From Vicinamibacteria bacterium (GTDB lineage: Bacteria > Acidobacteriota > Vicinamibacteria > Marinacidobacterales > Marinacidobacteraceae), in contig OY729431.1 in NCBI GenBank assembly GCA_963422395.1, positions 608,001-672,000 on the forward strand: DNA of 64,000 bases, written 5' to 3'. The position numbers and the translations under genes were made by a program. Positions 9,056 through 19,275 of the stretch are shown here, piece after piece (the stretch's first letter is position 1; the number at the start of each line of letters is the position of its first letter). The notes under the pieces are model-generated. The model made no database searches. It was given only the letters and a program-made list of their open reading frames with translations, and was not told the origin of the DNA.

Positions 9056-10365
9056 GGTTGCTCCGTCTCCTCGGAAGAGGCGCCGATCCAGCCGGTGCTC
9101 AGATTCGCTCGGTCCACGGGTGTACCGCGCAGATACACCGCTTCGATGCGGCGGGTGTTCGTGATGTCTTCCAGCGGGTTCGCTTCGAGGACCACGAAGT
9201 CGGCGCTCTTGCCGGGCTCGACCGTGCCGGTATCGTCCATCCGCAGGAATTCGGCGGCGCTCCCGGTCGCCGCCGCCAGCACCTGGTGCGGAGTCATGCC
9301 CGCCGCCACCATGTCCGCCATCTCGATGTGCGGCCGCCAACCGGCGTTCCCGTCGGTGCCCATCGCGATCTTCATGCCCGCTTCGTGCAGCCGGACCAGG
9401 TTACGCGCCTGGATGCCGAAGGATTCGTGGGCCTCGGGACGATCCCGGTAGCCAGCCTGCAGCTCCTCGAGTTCGCCCGCCGGGACGGTGCCGGCGAGCC
9501 AGGCGAGGTCCTCGTGGACGCCGCGGCTTCCGAGGTTGGGCACCAGGACCACTTCCGGCCGTTCCCGGATCAGCTCCAGGAACTCGTCGTCCACATCCTG
9601 GTCCCGCACGCTGTGGGCGAAGGCGTCCACCCCGGCGCGCAGCAGCCCCTTCGCGTCTTCGAGCGAGAAGATGTGGGCGGTGACCCGCAGTCCGTGCCCG
9701 TGGGCCTCGTCGATGACCGCGCCGTAGAGCTCGGGGGTCAGCTTTTCGTAGCGGCCGCCCCGGTCGTCCACCCAGATCTTGACGAAGTCCACCCCTTGCT
9801 CGGCGAGCTCCCGGACTGCTGCCCGGGCTTCTTCCTCGGTGTCCACCCAGTAGGGGATCTCGGAGCGCCCCGGCTCGGGCCTGGTGATGCCGCGGCCGGC
9901 GGTCAGCGCCCGCGCTGCGCCCGCAACCGGGGCCTCCCGGACTGCAGCTGCGGCCTCGCCGTCGTCGTGGCCGAGGCTCACTGCGACTCCGACGCCGTAG
10001 TAGGCGCGGCGGCGCAGGTCCTCCAGGAGCTCCTCCTGCGGGACCGCGAGGTGGACATGGGTGTCGATCAGCGCCGGGATGACGGTGCGGCCGGTCAGAT
10101 CCACCCGCTCGGCGCCTTCCGGCGGCTCGACCTCGCCGGCGGCGCCCACCAGGACGAAGCGGTCCTCCTCCACGACGAAGACGGCGTTTTCGATCGGACC
10201 GCTCCCGTCGCCGACGAGGAGCCGCGCCCCTTCGAAGACGACGGCATCGGTCGGAGGAGGCGCCTCCGGCGCCGCGCAGGCGGCGAGGAAGAGGAGTGCC
10301 GCGGCGCCGGAAGCGGCGGCGGCGAAGAGGGTGGTCCCCCGGTTCTTTCCGTGGTTTCGGCTCAT
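9052..10365 (-). CDS. Amidohydrolase family lipoprotein
   Basis: Lipobox LAAC; IDTHVH, VKIW, TAH, FAH and GTD metal ligands; GKSADFVVL. Confidence 0.88.
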   Translation of the reverse strand: MSRNHGKNRGTTLFAAAASGAAALLFLAACAAPEAPPPTDAVVFEGARLLVGDGSGPIENAVFVVEEDRFVLVGAAGEVEPPEGAERVDLTGRTVIPALIDTHVHLAVPQEELLEDLRRRAYYGVGVAVSLGHDDGEAAAAVREAPVAGAARALTAGRGITRPEPGRSEIPYWVDTEEEARAAVRELAEQGVDFVKIWVDDRGGRYEKLTPELYGAVIDEAHGHGLRVTAHIFSLEDAKGLLRAGVDAFAHSVRDQDVDDEFLELIRERPEVVLVPNLGSRGVHEDLAWLAGTVPAGELEELQAGYRDRPEAHESFGIQARNLVRLHEAGMKIAMGTDGNAGWRPHIEMADMVAAGMTPHQVLAAATGSAAEFLRMDDTGTVEPGKSADFVVLEANPLEDITNTRRIEAVYLRGTPVDRANLSTGWIGASSEETEQP

Positions 10366-10381
10366 GCTGACTGTCCTCCCC

Positions 10382-12466
10382 CTATCGGGGCTCGCCGAGG
10401 TCGAGGGGCTCGGCATCCACCAGCCGGACCGCCCAGAGCCCCGAGTTGTGATCGGCGAGGAAGATGTTGCCCTTGTGGGGCTGGGGGCCCCAGACCATCG
10501 GTGCGTTCGGAAGGAAGCTCTCTGGATCCTGCGGCCGGAAAACGGCGATTTCACGGCCCTGTCGGTAGAGGTCGCCGCGCAGCTCTCCCGAGATGTCCAC
10601 CACCCGCAGCCCGCCGTTGTAGTACGCGATGTAGAGGATGTCGTCCTCTACCCACAGGTTGTGCGTCCCCGCCTCCGGAACCTGATACCGCGCCACCTCG
10701 CGCGCATCCTCCCAGTCCTCCCACTCGAAGATGTGGATCCAGCCGGCGGCGCGGTCGGGGCTCCCCGGCCCTTCCATCGTCTGGTAGGGGAAGGCCTCGT
10801 CGCCGCCGATCATCAGGAACTTCCCGGTGGACTGGCTTCGATACGGGTACGCCGCGTGGTTCCAGCCGCTCGGATACGGCGTGCTCCCCAAAAGCACCGG
10901 GTTGTTCGGCGCTCCTCCCCGGCCGCCGCCCCCCACATCCACCGCGACCACCCCGTCGCTCCAGTTCGACGAATACGCGATCCCGTCCTCGACCCACACA
11001 TCGTGGATCGAGTGCCCCGGAGTGTCCAGCTCGAAACGCCCCACCCGGTACGGGTTCGCCGGGTCCTCCGCGTTCAGGATGTCGTAGCGCCGTCCCGCCG
11101 ACAGCGCGTAGATGTGGTTCTCGGCGAGGAACACGTTGTGGACCCCGCCGCTGAGCTGGTCGTCGTAGCGCGCCATCACCGTGATCCCGTTCTGCGGGTC
11201 GCTCACATCCAGGATCACCAGGCCGTTCTTCCGGTTCGAAGCCCCCTCCCGGCTGATGACCGCGAATTTCCCGTCCGCCGAAACCTTCACATCGTTCACC
11301 GTCCGCGCATCCACCCGCACCGTGTCGATGAGCGCCATCGCCGAGGGATCCGTCACATCGTAGAAATAGGCGTGGCCGTCGGCGCCCCAGGTGCCGATGA
11401 CGGCGTAGTCGCGCCCGTCGATCCCCTCCCAGACCCACAGGTCCGAGGTGTGGCGGTCGCGGACCGGTGCCTGGCCGAGCACCTCCACATCCTTCCGCAC
11501 CTCGCGCGCCGTCACCGCGACGGTTGCCGAAGCCGACTTCGTGAAGCCGTCGGCGATCACGGTGTAGGTTCCCGAGCGCTCGGCCACGAACGCCCCGTCC
11601 GCACCGATCTGCGAAGTCGCCCCCGGCGCCACGATCCCCTCGGCCGGCGTCCCGAAGGCCGCGAACTGGATCGGATACTCCGGCACCGCCTCCCCCGCAC
11701 CGTCCACCGCCGACGCCTCGAAGAACACCACCTCACCGGTCCGAACCGGACCGGTGAGCCCCCCGCTCAGGGTGATCGAAGCCACCGGGTTCGCCAGCAC
11801 CTCGATCTCCACCTCACCGGCCGCCTCCGCCGCCGAAACCGTCAGCGCCGTCCGCCCCACGCCGGCCAGCGTCAAGACCCCGAGCGCATCCACCCCCGCG
11901 ACCGATGCGTCGGCGCTCCGCCAACCCACTTCCACATCGCTCCGCTTCGCCCCCGAAGTGTCCGTGACCGCAGCCCGCAGCCCGATCTCGGTCCCCTGGT
12001 AGAGCCGGCCCGGCAGGTCCACCACCTCGACCGACGCCACCGGCGGCTTCGGAATCGTCACCGGCACCTCCACCATGACCGCCGGCTCTGCCCGCCGGTC
12101 GTTGTCCTCCGGATCCTTCGGCACCATCGCGACCACGGTGTGCTCTCCCGGTCGATACGCCTCGACCACTCCCGCCGGGTTCACCCCCACCGAGCGCCGC
12201 CGCCGCGAATAGAAGACCACCGTCCGGTCCAGCGCTTCCCCCCGAGCGTCCAGAACCTCCGCCGAAAGAACGAGCGTGTCCCCCACTTCCAGCTCCACCT
12301 CGGACGGAGTGACGATCAACTCCGCCGGCTCGGGCCCCGCCTCCGCCTCGGTGGCTCCCTCCTCCGGCGCCGCCTCCTGGACCGCCGAGGCGAACCCGAA
12401 ACCGGGAAACAGCGCGAACAGCAGCAAGGCAGGGGCTGCCGGACGGAAGCGGTGGGTGCGTCTCAT
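10382..12466 (-). CDS. Secreted Ig-like + LVIVD-repeat beta-propeller protein, paralog 1
   Basis: Signal peptide; Big_2-like WRSADASVAGVD; repeats GLVILDVSDP and GLRVVDIS. Confidence 0.8.
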   Translation of the reverse strand: MRRTHRFRPAAPALLLFALFPGFGFASAVQEAAPEEGATEAEAGPEPAELIVTPSEVELEVGDTLVLSAEVLDARGEALDRTVVFYSRRRRSVGVNPAGVVEAYRPGEHTVVAMVPKDPEDNDRRAEPAVMVEVPVTIPKPPVASVEVVDLPGRLYQGTEIGLRAAVTDTSGAKRSDVEVGWRSADASVAGVDALGVLTLAGVGRTALTVSAAEAAGEVEIEVLANPVASITLSGGLTGPVRTGEVVFFEASAVDGAGEAVPEYPIQFAAFGTPAEGIVAPGATSQIGADGAFVAERSGTYTVIADGFTKSASATVAVTAREVRKDVEVLGQAPVRDRHTSDLWVWEGIDGRDYAVIGTWGADGHAYFYDVTDPSAMALIDTVRVDARTVNDVKVSADGKFAVISREGASNRKNGLVILDVSDPQNGITVMARYDDQLSGGVHNVFLAENHIYALSAGRRYDILNAEDPANPYRVGRFELDTPGHSIHDVWVEDGIAYSSNWSDGVVAVDVGGGGRGGAPNNPVLLGSTPYPSGWNHAAYPYRSQSTGKFLMIGGDEAFPYQTMEGPGSPDRAAGWIHIFEWEDWEDAREVARYQVPEAGTHNLWVEDDILYIAYYNGGLRVVDISGELRGDLYRQGREIAVFRPQDPESFLPNAPMVWGPQPHKGNIFLADHNSGLWAVRLVDAEPLDLGEPR

Positions 12467-12533
12467 GGTGCGAGGTCCTCGGGCCCGGCCCGGCACGAAT
12501 ACCGGGCCGAGAGTATGGGTGGGGTCTTCGGGG

Positions 12534-14635
12534 TTACCGGGGCTCGCCGAGGTCGAGGGGCTCGGCGTCCACCAGCCGGACCGCCCAGAGCCCCGAGTTG
12601 AGGTCGGAGAGGAAGATGTTGCCCTTGTGGGGCTGCGGGCCCCAGACCATCGGTGCGTTCGGGATCCGGCTGTCGGGATGGCGGGGGAGGAAGGACGCGA
12701 TTTCACGGCCCTGTCGGTAGAGGTCGCCGCGCAGCTCTCCCGAGATGTCCACCACCCGCAGCCCGCCGTTGTAGTACGCGATATAGAGGATGTCGTCCTC
12801 CACCCACAGGTTGTGCGTCCCCGCCTCCGGAACCTGATACCGCGCCACCTCGCGCGCATCCTCCCAGTCCTCCCACTCGAAGATGTGGATCCAGCCGGCG
12901 GCGCGGCCCGGAGTGCGTTCCGCTTCCATGGTCTGGTAGGGGAAGGCCTCGTCACCGCCGATCATCAGGACTTCCCGGTGGACTGGCTCCGATACGGGTA
13001 CGCCGCGTGGTTCCAGCCGCTCGGATACGGCGTGCTCCCCAAAAGCACCGGGTTGTTCGGCGCTCCTCCCCGGCCGCCGCCCCCCACATCCACCGCGACC
13101 ACCCCGTCGCTCCAGTTCGACGAATACGCGATCCCGTCCTCGACCCACACATCGTGGATCGAGTGCCCCGGAGTGTCCAGCTCGAAACGGCCCACCCGGT
13201 ACGGGTTCGCCGGATCCTCCGCGTTCAGGATGTCGTAGCGCCGTCCCGCCGACAGCGCGTAGATGTGGTTCTCGGCGAGGAACACGTTGTGGACCCCGCC
13301 GCTGAGCTGGTCGTCGTAGCGCGCCATCACCGTGATCCCGTTCTGCGGGTCGCTCACATCCAGGATCACCAGGCCGTTCTTCCGGTTCGAAGCCCCCTCC
13401 CGGCTGATGACCGCGAACTTCCCGTCCGCCGAAACCTTCACATCGTTCACCGTCCGCGCATCCACCCGAACCGTGTCGATGAGGTGGATGCTGGCCGGAT
13501 CGGTCACATCCCAGAAGTAGGCGTGGCCGTCGGCGCTGTGGGTGCCGGTTACGGCGTAGTCGCGCCCGTCGATCCCCTCCCAGACCCACAGGTCCGAGGT
13601 GCGCCGGTCGAGAACCGCGCCGTGCCCGACGACTTCGACATCCTTCCGCACATTCCTCGCCGTCACCGCGACGGTCGCCGAAGCCGACTTCGTGAAGCCG
13701 TCGGCGATCACGGTGTAGGTTCCCGAGCGCTCGGCCACGAACGCCCCGTCCGCACCGATCTGCGAAGTCGCCCCCGGCGCCACGATCCCCTCGGCCGGCG
13801 TCCCGAAGGCCGCGAACTGGATCGGATACTCCGGCACCGCCTCCCCCGCACCGTCCACCGCCGACGCCTCGAAGAACACCACCTCACCGGTCCGAACCGG
13901 ACCGGTGAGCCCCCCGCTCAGGGTGATCGAAGCCACCGGGTTCGCCAGCACCTCGATCTCCACCTCACCGGCCGCCTCCGCCGCCGAAACCGTCAGCGCC
14001 GTCCGCCCCACGCCGGCCAGCGTCAAGACCCCGAGCGCATCCACCCCCGCGACCGATGCGTCGGCGCTCCGCCAACCCACTTCCACATCGCTCCGCTTCG
14101 CCCCCGAAGTGTCCGTGACCGCAGCCCGCAGCCCGATCTCGGTCCCCTGGTAGAGCCGGCCCGGCAGGTCCACCACCTCGACCGATGCCACCGGCGGCTT
14201 CGGAATCGTCACCGGCACCTCCACCATGACCGCCGGCTCCGCCCGCCGGTCGGTGTCCTCCGGATCCTTCGGCACCATCGCGACCACGGTGTGCTCTCCC
14301 GGTCGATACGCCTCGACCACTCCCGCCGGGTTCACCCCCACCGAGCGCCGCCGCCGCGAATAGAAGACCACCGTCCGGTCCAGCGCCTCCCCCCGAGCGT
14401 CCAGAACCTCCGCCGAAAGAACGAGCGTGTCCCCCACTTCCAGCTCCACCTCGGACGGAGTGACGATCAACTCCGCCGGCAACTCCGCCTCCGCCGTCTC
14501 GGCGGCATCCTCCTCCTGGGCCGCCAGGGCGAACCCGAAACCGGGAAACAGCGCGAACAGCGCTGCAATCGATGCCAAGCGGCCGAGCGCGGTCCGATGC
14601 CGCGCCCGCCGATCGTTCTGCTTCTTCAGGATCAT
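12534..14635 (-). pseudogene. Ig-like + LVIVD protein, paralog 2, with a 1-nt frameshift near 12970 (real or sequencing error)
   Basis: Nearly identical to paralog 1; reads CAGGACTTCCC where paralog 1 has CAGGAACTTCCC; split into ORFs 12965-14635 and 12534-13589. Confidence 0.8.
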
Positions 14636-14671
14636 CCGGTTCCTCCCGATGTCAGGAAGCGGGCGCCTCAG

Positions 14672-15832
14672 TCAGGGCTCCCCCTTCCAGTAGATGATGC
14701 CGCCGGCCTGCTTGCCGACATCCACCTTGCCGACGCGCGCCGCCGCGCCGATGTCATAGACCTCGACGGTGCCCGGCTCGCCGCCGACTCCTTCGAGGGA
14801 CACCAGGGCGTAGCGGTCGTCGTCGGAAACCACCACCCCGTGCGGGACCCGCCGGGTGGTCTCCGGTGCGGCGATCAGCGTGCCGCTCGCGAGGTCCCAG
14901 AACCCGACCTTGCCTCCCGACTTGTAGGTGGCGACGAGCACTGCCCCGTCCGAGGTGATCTCGAGGTTGTAGGGATTTTCGCCGGGGCCGGCGTCGAAGC
15001 GCCGGGACACTCGCCAGTCCTCGAGATCAACTTCGTAGATGGCGCTGTCGCCGTTGCCCGCCACGTACACCTTCCCGGCAGGCGAAGGCTTGGTGGCCCA
15101 GGTCGGCTTCACCACCGCCATCCGCATCCCCTCCATGCCCTCGTGTCCGGCGTGTGCTCCGGGGTCGGTTCCGAGCGGCAGCCGCCGGGCGACCTCGAAG
15201 CGCATGGCATCCACTTCGACCAGCTCGTCGTCCATCATGTTCACCGAGTAGAGGCGGCGTCCGGCGGGATCGAAGCGGGCGCCGTGGGGCATGACCCCGG
15301 TCTCGATGGTCGCCACCTCGATCATCGTTCCGGTCTCGACCACCGAGATGGTGCTCGGCACCATGTCGCCGTGCAGGTTGAAGTTCACGACATAGAGGAG
15401 GCCGGTGCTCGGCGAGATGTCCATCGTCGCCGGGAACATCCCCAGGGTGGCGTCGCCGAGCCACTCGTTGGTGCCGGTCTCGTACTTGTGCACCGAGCCG
15501 AACGGCATCCCGTGCGCGATGGACAAGAACCAGTGGCGGCCGTCGGGGGAGATGATGATCCCGTGCGGCCCCTCGGTTTCGGTGGGAAAGCTGCCCACCG
15601 CGATCTCGTCCACCTCCTCGAAACCGGACGGGCCGAAACGGAGCAGGTGCACGGTGTCGTCCGACTCGGCGCAGACATAGACGAAGTGGTTGCGCCGGGG
15701 CGGCTCCGGACTCTCGGCGGCGCTGGCCGGCGAAGCCGCGGCGAAGCTCCCCCCGAGGAGAAGCGCGGCGGGCAGCAGTGCCGGCAGGGGAGAAAGCCCG
15801 CGGAAGAAGCAGCGGCGAGTCTCCGGGATCAC
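14672..15832 (-). CDS. YncE/YVTN-type beta-propeller secreted protein
   Basis: GTG overlaps the upstream stop (GTGA); signal peptide; PHG-repeat blades (GPHGI, MPHGA, VPHGV). Confidence 0.8.
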   Translation of the reverse strand: MIPETRRCFFRGLSPLPALLPAALLLGGSFAAASPASAAESPEPPRRNHFVYVCAESDDTVHLLRFGPSGFEEVDEIAVGSFPTETEGPHGIIISPDGRHWFLSIAHGMPFGSVHKYETGTNEWLGDATLGMFPATMDISPSTGLLYVVNFNLHGDMVPSTISVVETGTMIEVATIETGVMPHGARFDPAGRRLYSVNMMDDELVEVDAMRFEVARRLPLGTDPGAHAGHEGMEGMRMAVVKPTWATKPSPAGKVYVAGNGDSAIYEVDLEDWRVSRRFDAGPGENPYNLEITSDGAVLVATYKSGGKVGFWDLASGTLIAAPETTRRVPHGVVVSDDDRYALVSLEGVGGEPGTVEVYDIGAAARVGKVDVGKQAGGIIYWKGEP

Positions 15833-17940
15833 TGGGGCTCTCCCATGTTGCGCGGCGTCTCCGGGTCCACCAGTTTCACCGCCCAGAGCCCCGAGTTCCA
15901 GTCGGTGAAGAAGATGTGCTCCTTGAAGGGCTGCGGGCCCCAGACGAAGGGGGCGTTCTTCTTGTAGCCGTCGGGATCGGCGGGCTCGAAGAAGGCGATC
16001 TCCCGCCCCTGCCGGTAGAGGTCGCCGCGCAGGTCGCCCGAGACATCCACCACCCGCAGGCCGCCGTTGTAGTAGCCGACATAGAGGATGTCCTCCTCGA
16101 CCCAGAGGTTGTGGCTGCCGGCCTCCGGCACCTGGTAGCGCGCCACCTCGCGGCCCTCCCCGGCATCGTCCCATTCGGCGATGTGGATCCAGCCGGCGGC
16201 GCGGTCGGGGAGGTCTCCGTCGGGCTCGAAGCCGTACGGGAAGCTTTCGTCGCCGGCGAACACCAGCATCTTGCCGGTGGACTGGCTCCGGTAGGGGAAG
16301 CCGGCGTGGTTCCAGCCGTTCGGGTAGCGGAAGCTGCCGATCATCTTCGGGTCGTTCGGCGCTCCCCCGAGGCCGCCCCCCCCGATGTCCACCGCGACGA
16401 CGCCGTCGGTCCAGTTCGACGACCAGGCGATCCCGTCCTGGACCCAGACATCGTGGATGCCGTGGCCGGGGGTGTCCAGCTCGAAGCGGCCCACCCGGTA
16501 GGGAGCCGCCGGATCCTCGGCGTTCAGGATGTCGTAACGCCGCCCTGCCGAGAGCGCCAGGATGTGTTCGTCGGCGACGAACACATTGTGGACGCCGCCG
16601 CTGAGCTGGTCGTCGTAGCGCGCGAGGATGCGCACCCCGTCGGTGGGGTTCGAGACATCGAGGATCACCAGGCCGTTCTTCCGGTTCGACGCCCCCTCGC
16701 GGCTGATGACCGCGAACTTCCCGTCCGGCGACACTTTGACATCGTTCACCGTGCGCGCATCTACCCGCACCGTGTCCACCAGGTGGATGCTGGCCGGATC
16801 GGTCACATCCCAGAAGTAGGCGTGGCCGTCGGCCCCCCAGGTTCCGGTGATCGCGTAGTCGCGGCCGTCGAGCCCCTCCCAGACCCACAGGTCCGAGGTG
16901 TGGCGGTCGCGCACCGGACCGCGGCCCACGATCTCCCAGTCCTTTCTCAGGTTGCGCGGAGTGGCGCGGATGGTGCGCCGCGCGGTGAGACCGCCCCCCG
17001 ACACCACCACCGTGTGCAGCCCGGCGCGCTCGGCGACGAAAGCGCCGTCCGGCTCCACGAAGGCGGCGGCACCCGGCGCTACCAGTTCGTCGGGAGTCCG
17101 GGTGAAAACCCCGAACTGCAGCGGGTATTCGGGGACTTCGTCACCGTCCCCGTCGAGCGCCCGGGCCTCGAACCAGACCACATCGCCGGTGCGCACCTCT
17201 TCCCGGTCGGCGCCGAGTTCGAGCCGAACCGCCGGGTTCGGAACCACGGTGACGGCGGCCTCGCCGCGCGCCGATTCGGCGCTCGCGCTGATGGTGGCGG
17301 CGCCCTCGCCGTGGAGTGTCAGCATTCCGTGCTCGCTCACCGCCGCTACCGCCGGATCACTCGAAGCCCAGGTGAAGTCGGGCCGCCGCTCGGCCCCCGA
17401 GGCGTCTTCGGCGAGAGCGTCGAGCGGCAGGGAGGTCCCGGCGTAGAGGCTCCCCGGCAGCGCGGCGATTTCGATACGCTCGATGGGCGGCCAGGGCACG
17501 CTCACCGGGATCTCCACCATCAGTGCCGCCTCGGCGCGCCGGTCCAGTACGCCCGCTTCCCGCGGCACCATCGCCACCAGGGTGTGCTCTCCGGGGCGGT
17601 ACGCCTCGACGAGGCCCGCCGGGTTCACCCCGACCTGGCGGCGGGCGCGGGAGAAGAAGACGACGCCTCGATCCAGCTCGTTGCCGTCTTCGCCGCGGAC
17701 GACCGCGGTGAGCTGGGCGGTCTTCCCCACTTCGAGGGTGAGCTCGGGCGGGTCCACCAGGAGTTCGGCGGGCAGGAGCTCGGCGGGGTCCGCTTCGCCG
17801 GCTTCCTGCGCACCCGCGGCCGCGGCGAAGAAAGACGCCGCAGCGATCGGCGGGACGAGACTCCCGGCGGCGGCCGCCGCCCGGAAGAACCAGAAGCGCC
17901 GGCCACGCCAGCCGGCGGAAGATCGAAGCGTGTGCGGCAT
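15829..17940 (-). CDS. Secreted Ig-like + LVIVD-repeat protein, paralog 3 (more diverged)
   Basis: Same architecture as paralogs 1 and 2; ATG 17940 (alternative TTG 17988). Confidence 0.8.
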   Translation of the reverse strand: MPHTLRSSAGWRGRRFWFFRAAAAAGSLVPPIAAASFFAAAAGAQEAGEADPAELLPAELLVDPPELTLEVGKTAQLTAVVRGEDGNELDRGVVFFSRARRQVGVNPAGLVEAYRPGEHTLVAMVPREAGVLDRRAEAALMVEIPVSVPWPPIERIEIAALPGSLYAGTSLPLDALAEDASGAERRPDFTWASSDPAVAAVSEHGMLTLHGEGAATISASAESARGEAAVTVVPNPAVRLELGADREEVRTGDVVWFEARALDGDGDEVPEYPLQFGVFTRTPDELVAPGAAAFVEPDGAFVAERAGLHTVVVSGGGLTARRTIRATPRNLRKDWEIVGRGPVRDRHTSDLWVWEGLDGRDYAITGTWGADGHAYFWDVTDPASIHLVDTVRVDARTVNDVKVSPDGKFAVISREGASNRKNGLVILDVSNPTDGVRILARYDDQLSGGVHNVFVADEHILALSAGRRYDILNAEDPAAPYRVGRFELDTPGHGIHDVWVQDGIAWSSNWTDGVVAVDIGGGGLGGAPNDPKMIGSFRYPNGWNHAGFPYRSQSTGKMLVFAGDESFPYGFEPDGDLPDRAAGWIHIAEWDDAGEGREVARYQVPEAGSHNLWVEEDILYVGYYNGGLRVVDVSGDLRGDLYRQGREIAFFEPADPDGYKKNAPFVWGPQPFKEHIFFTDWNSGLWAVKLVDPETPRNMGEPQ

Positions 17941-18123
17941 GACTCTTTTCGAACCCTCCTGCTGCTCCCCCCTGCGGGGAACCGGCAATTGTAATCGGGT
18001 GAGGCAGCGCTCCGGGAAACCCCGGCCGGATCGGACCGGATCGGGCCGTCCGGTCCGGCAGCGATCCGCATCGGGGGTCCGCCTCGGGAACCGGCCTCCG
18101 CCGACTCCCGGCGGCGGCGCGCC

Positions 18124-19002
18124 TCAGCCGCCCCGATACTTCCCGTCGGGGAGGACGGTCGGGATCCGGTAGCGCGGGTCGGTGAGGAGTTCGAACACCG
18201 CGGGGTCGCCCGACATCAACAGCCCGCGGGTGTGGAGGCGCCACTCCCGGCCGATTTCCGGTGCGCGGTTCTCCTGCGCGCCGAGCAGCGAGGTCAGCGC
18301 CCAGTACAAGTACTCGACGAGCATGCACTCGTAATCGCAAGTCGTATCGTCGTAGGTGAACCAGGCTCCTTCCGGCCAGGAATCCGGCACCCGCTCGAAC
18401 CGACCGCCGCGCGCCCGGTCCATCGCTTCGGCCAGCCGGCTCTCCCGGGAGATCCCGAACGCTTCCGGCCAGACCCGGGCGTAGCCGACGAAGGTGATCA
18501 GGTGGAGCACCTCCTCGATCGCGGCGTCGAAGGGGCCGGTCCGGCCGTTCTCGTGCCATTCGGGGCGGGTCTCGTCGTTTCCGAGATCCTGGCCCACCGC
18601 GGCCAGCGATTCCGGCAGCCGCAGCAGGTCGCTCTGCCGGCTCCACATCGCGAGGAAAGCATCGGCCTCCCGCATCGCTTCCACCACTTCCGGCTGGTCC
18701 GGCTCGCCGTCCTCGTCGTTGTCGAGGTACCGGGCCATCAACCGGGCCGCGTGGAGCAGCTTCCGGTCCTCCACCTGCTCGAAAGCGAGAATGGGAATGC
18801 CGAAGACCTCCACCTGGCGGTGGAAGGCCGCGAGTCCGGGGTCGGCAACGGCGGTGATCCGGAAATTCGGGTCGTCGCCGGGCGAGATCGCCGCGGCTCC
18901 CGCAGCCCCCGCAACGGGTTTCGGCACCGCGGACCCGCCAGCGCCGCCGCTGCCGCAGGAGAGCGCCGCCGCCGAGACGGCAGCGGCAGCTGCCAGAAAC
19001 AT
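18124..19002 (-). CDS. Hypothetical lipoprotein with zincin-like EEVLH motif
   Basis: Lipobox-like ALSC; AIEEVLHLIT with downstream VEYLYW. Confidence 0.6.
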   Translation of the reverse strand: MFLAAAAAVSAAALSCGSGGAGGSAVPKPVAGAAGAAAISPGDDPNFRITAVADPGLAAFHRQVEVFGIPILAFEQVEDRKLLHAARLMARYLDNDEDGEPDQPEVVEAMREADAFLAMWSRQSDLLRLPESLAAVGQDLGNDETRPEWHENGRTGPFDAAIEEVLHLITFVGYARVWPEAFGISRESRLAEAMDRARGGRFERVPDSWPEGAWFTYDDTTCDYECMLVEYLYWALTSLLGAQENRAPEIGREWRLHTRGLLMSGDPAVFELLTDPRYRIPTVLPDGKYRGG

Positions 19003-19210
19003 CGTTCGGCATTCCGTCAATGGACGGGACCTCCTCCGGGAGATGTTCCCACGGGAGGGCGGCGGGGGGCCGTTCGCCCTGACCGCAGCCTCGCTATTCC
19101 CACTTCCGCGGCTTTCCACCGGCTGCCCGCCGTCCCGGCGCAACGCTTCCGTATCGAAGTTACGGGGCATCACCGAGCAACTGGCAGGTATTTCTGAATA
19201 CACCGATGTA

Positions 19211-19265
19211 TTACCGGCAAACTTGCCGGTAAAAATTGTCATAACCATAAGTCTCTGTCTATACT
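19211..19265 (+). promoter_or_regulatory. Sigma70-like BREX promoter with an upstream palindromic operator candidate
   Basis: TTACCGGCAA-AC-TTGCCGGTAA (19211-19232), TTGTCA (19236-19241), 18-nt spacer, TATACT (19260-19265), in an AT-rich patch. Confidence 0.65.
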
Positions 19266-19275
19266 GTTCGCTCTC

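Noticed and set aside
12960-12980. Programmed frameshift in LVIVD paralog 2
   Set aside because: No slippery heptamer; a single missing base relative to paralog 1 is better explained by mutation or sequencing error
10382-14635. Near-identical LVIVD copies as a diversity-generating retroelement TR/VR pair
   Set aside because: No reverse transcriptase in the window, differences are not adenine-specific, and the repeat spans whole genes
9058-17994. Very long plus-strand ORFs (e.g. 10061-12601, 12653-15967, 15778-17994)
   Set aside because: Arg/Pro/His-rich antisense shadows typical of high-GC DNA; the same applies to 20618-23299, 38451-40859, 52100-54853 and 60287-62671
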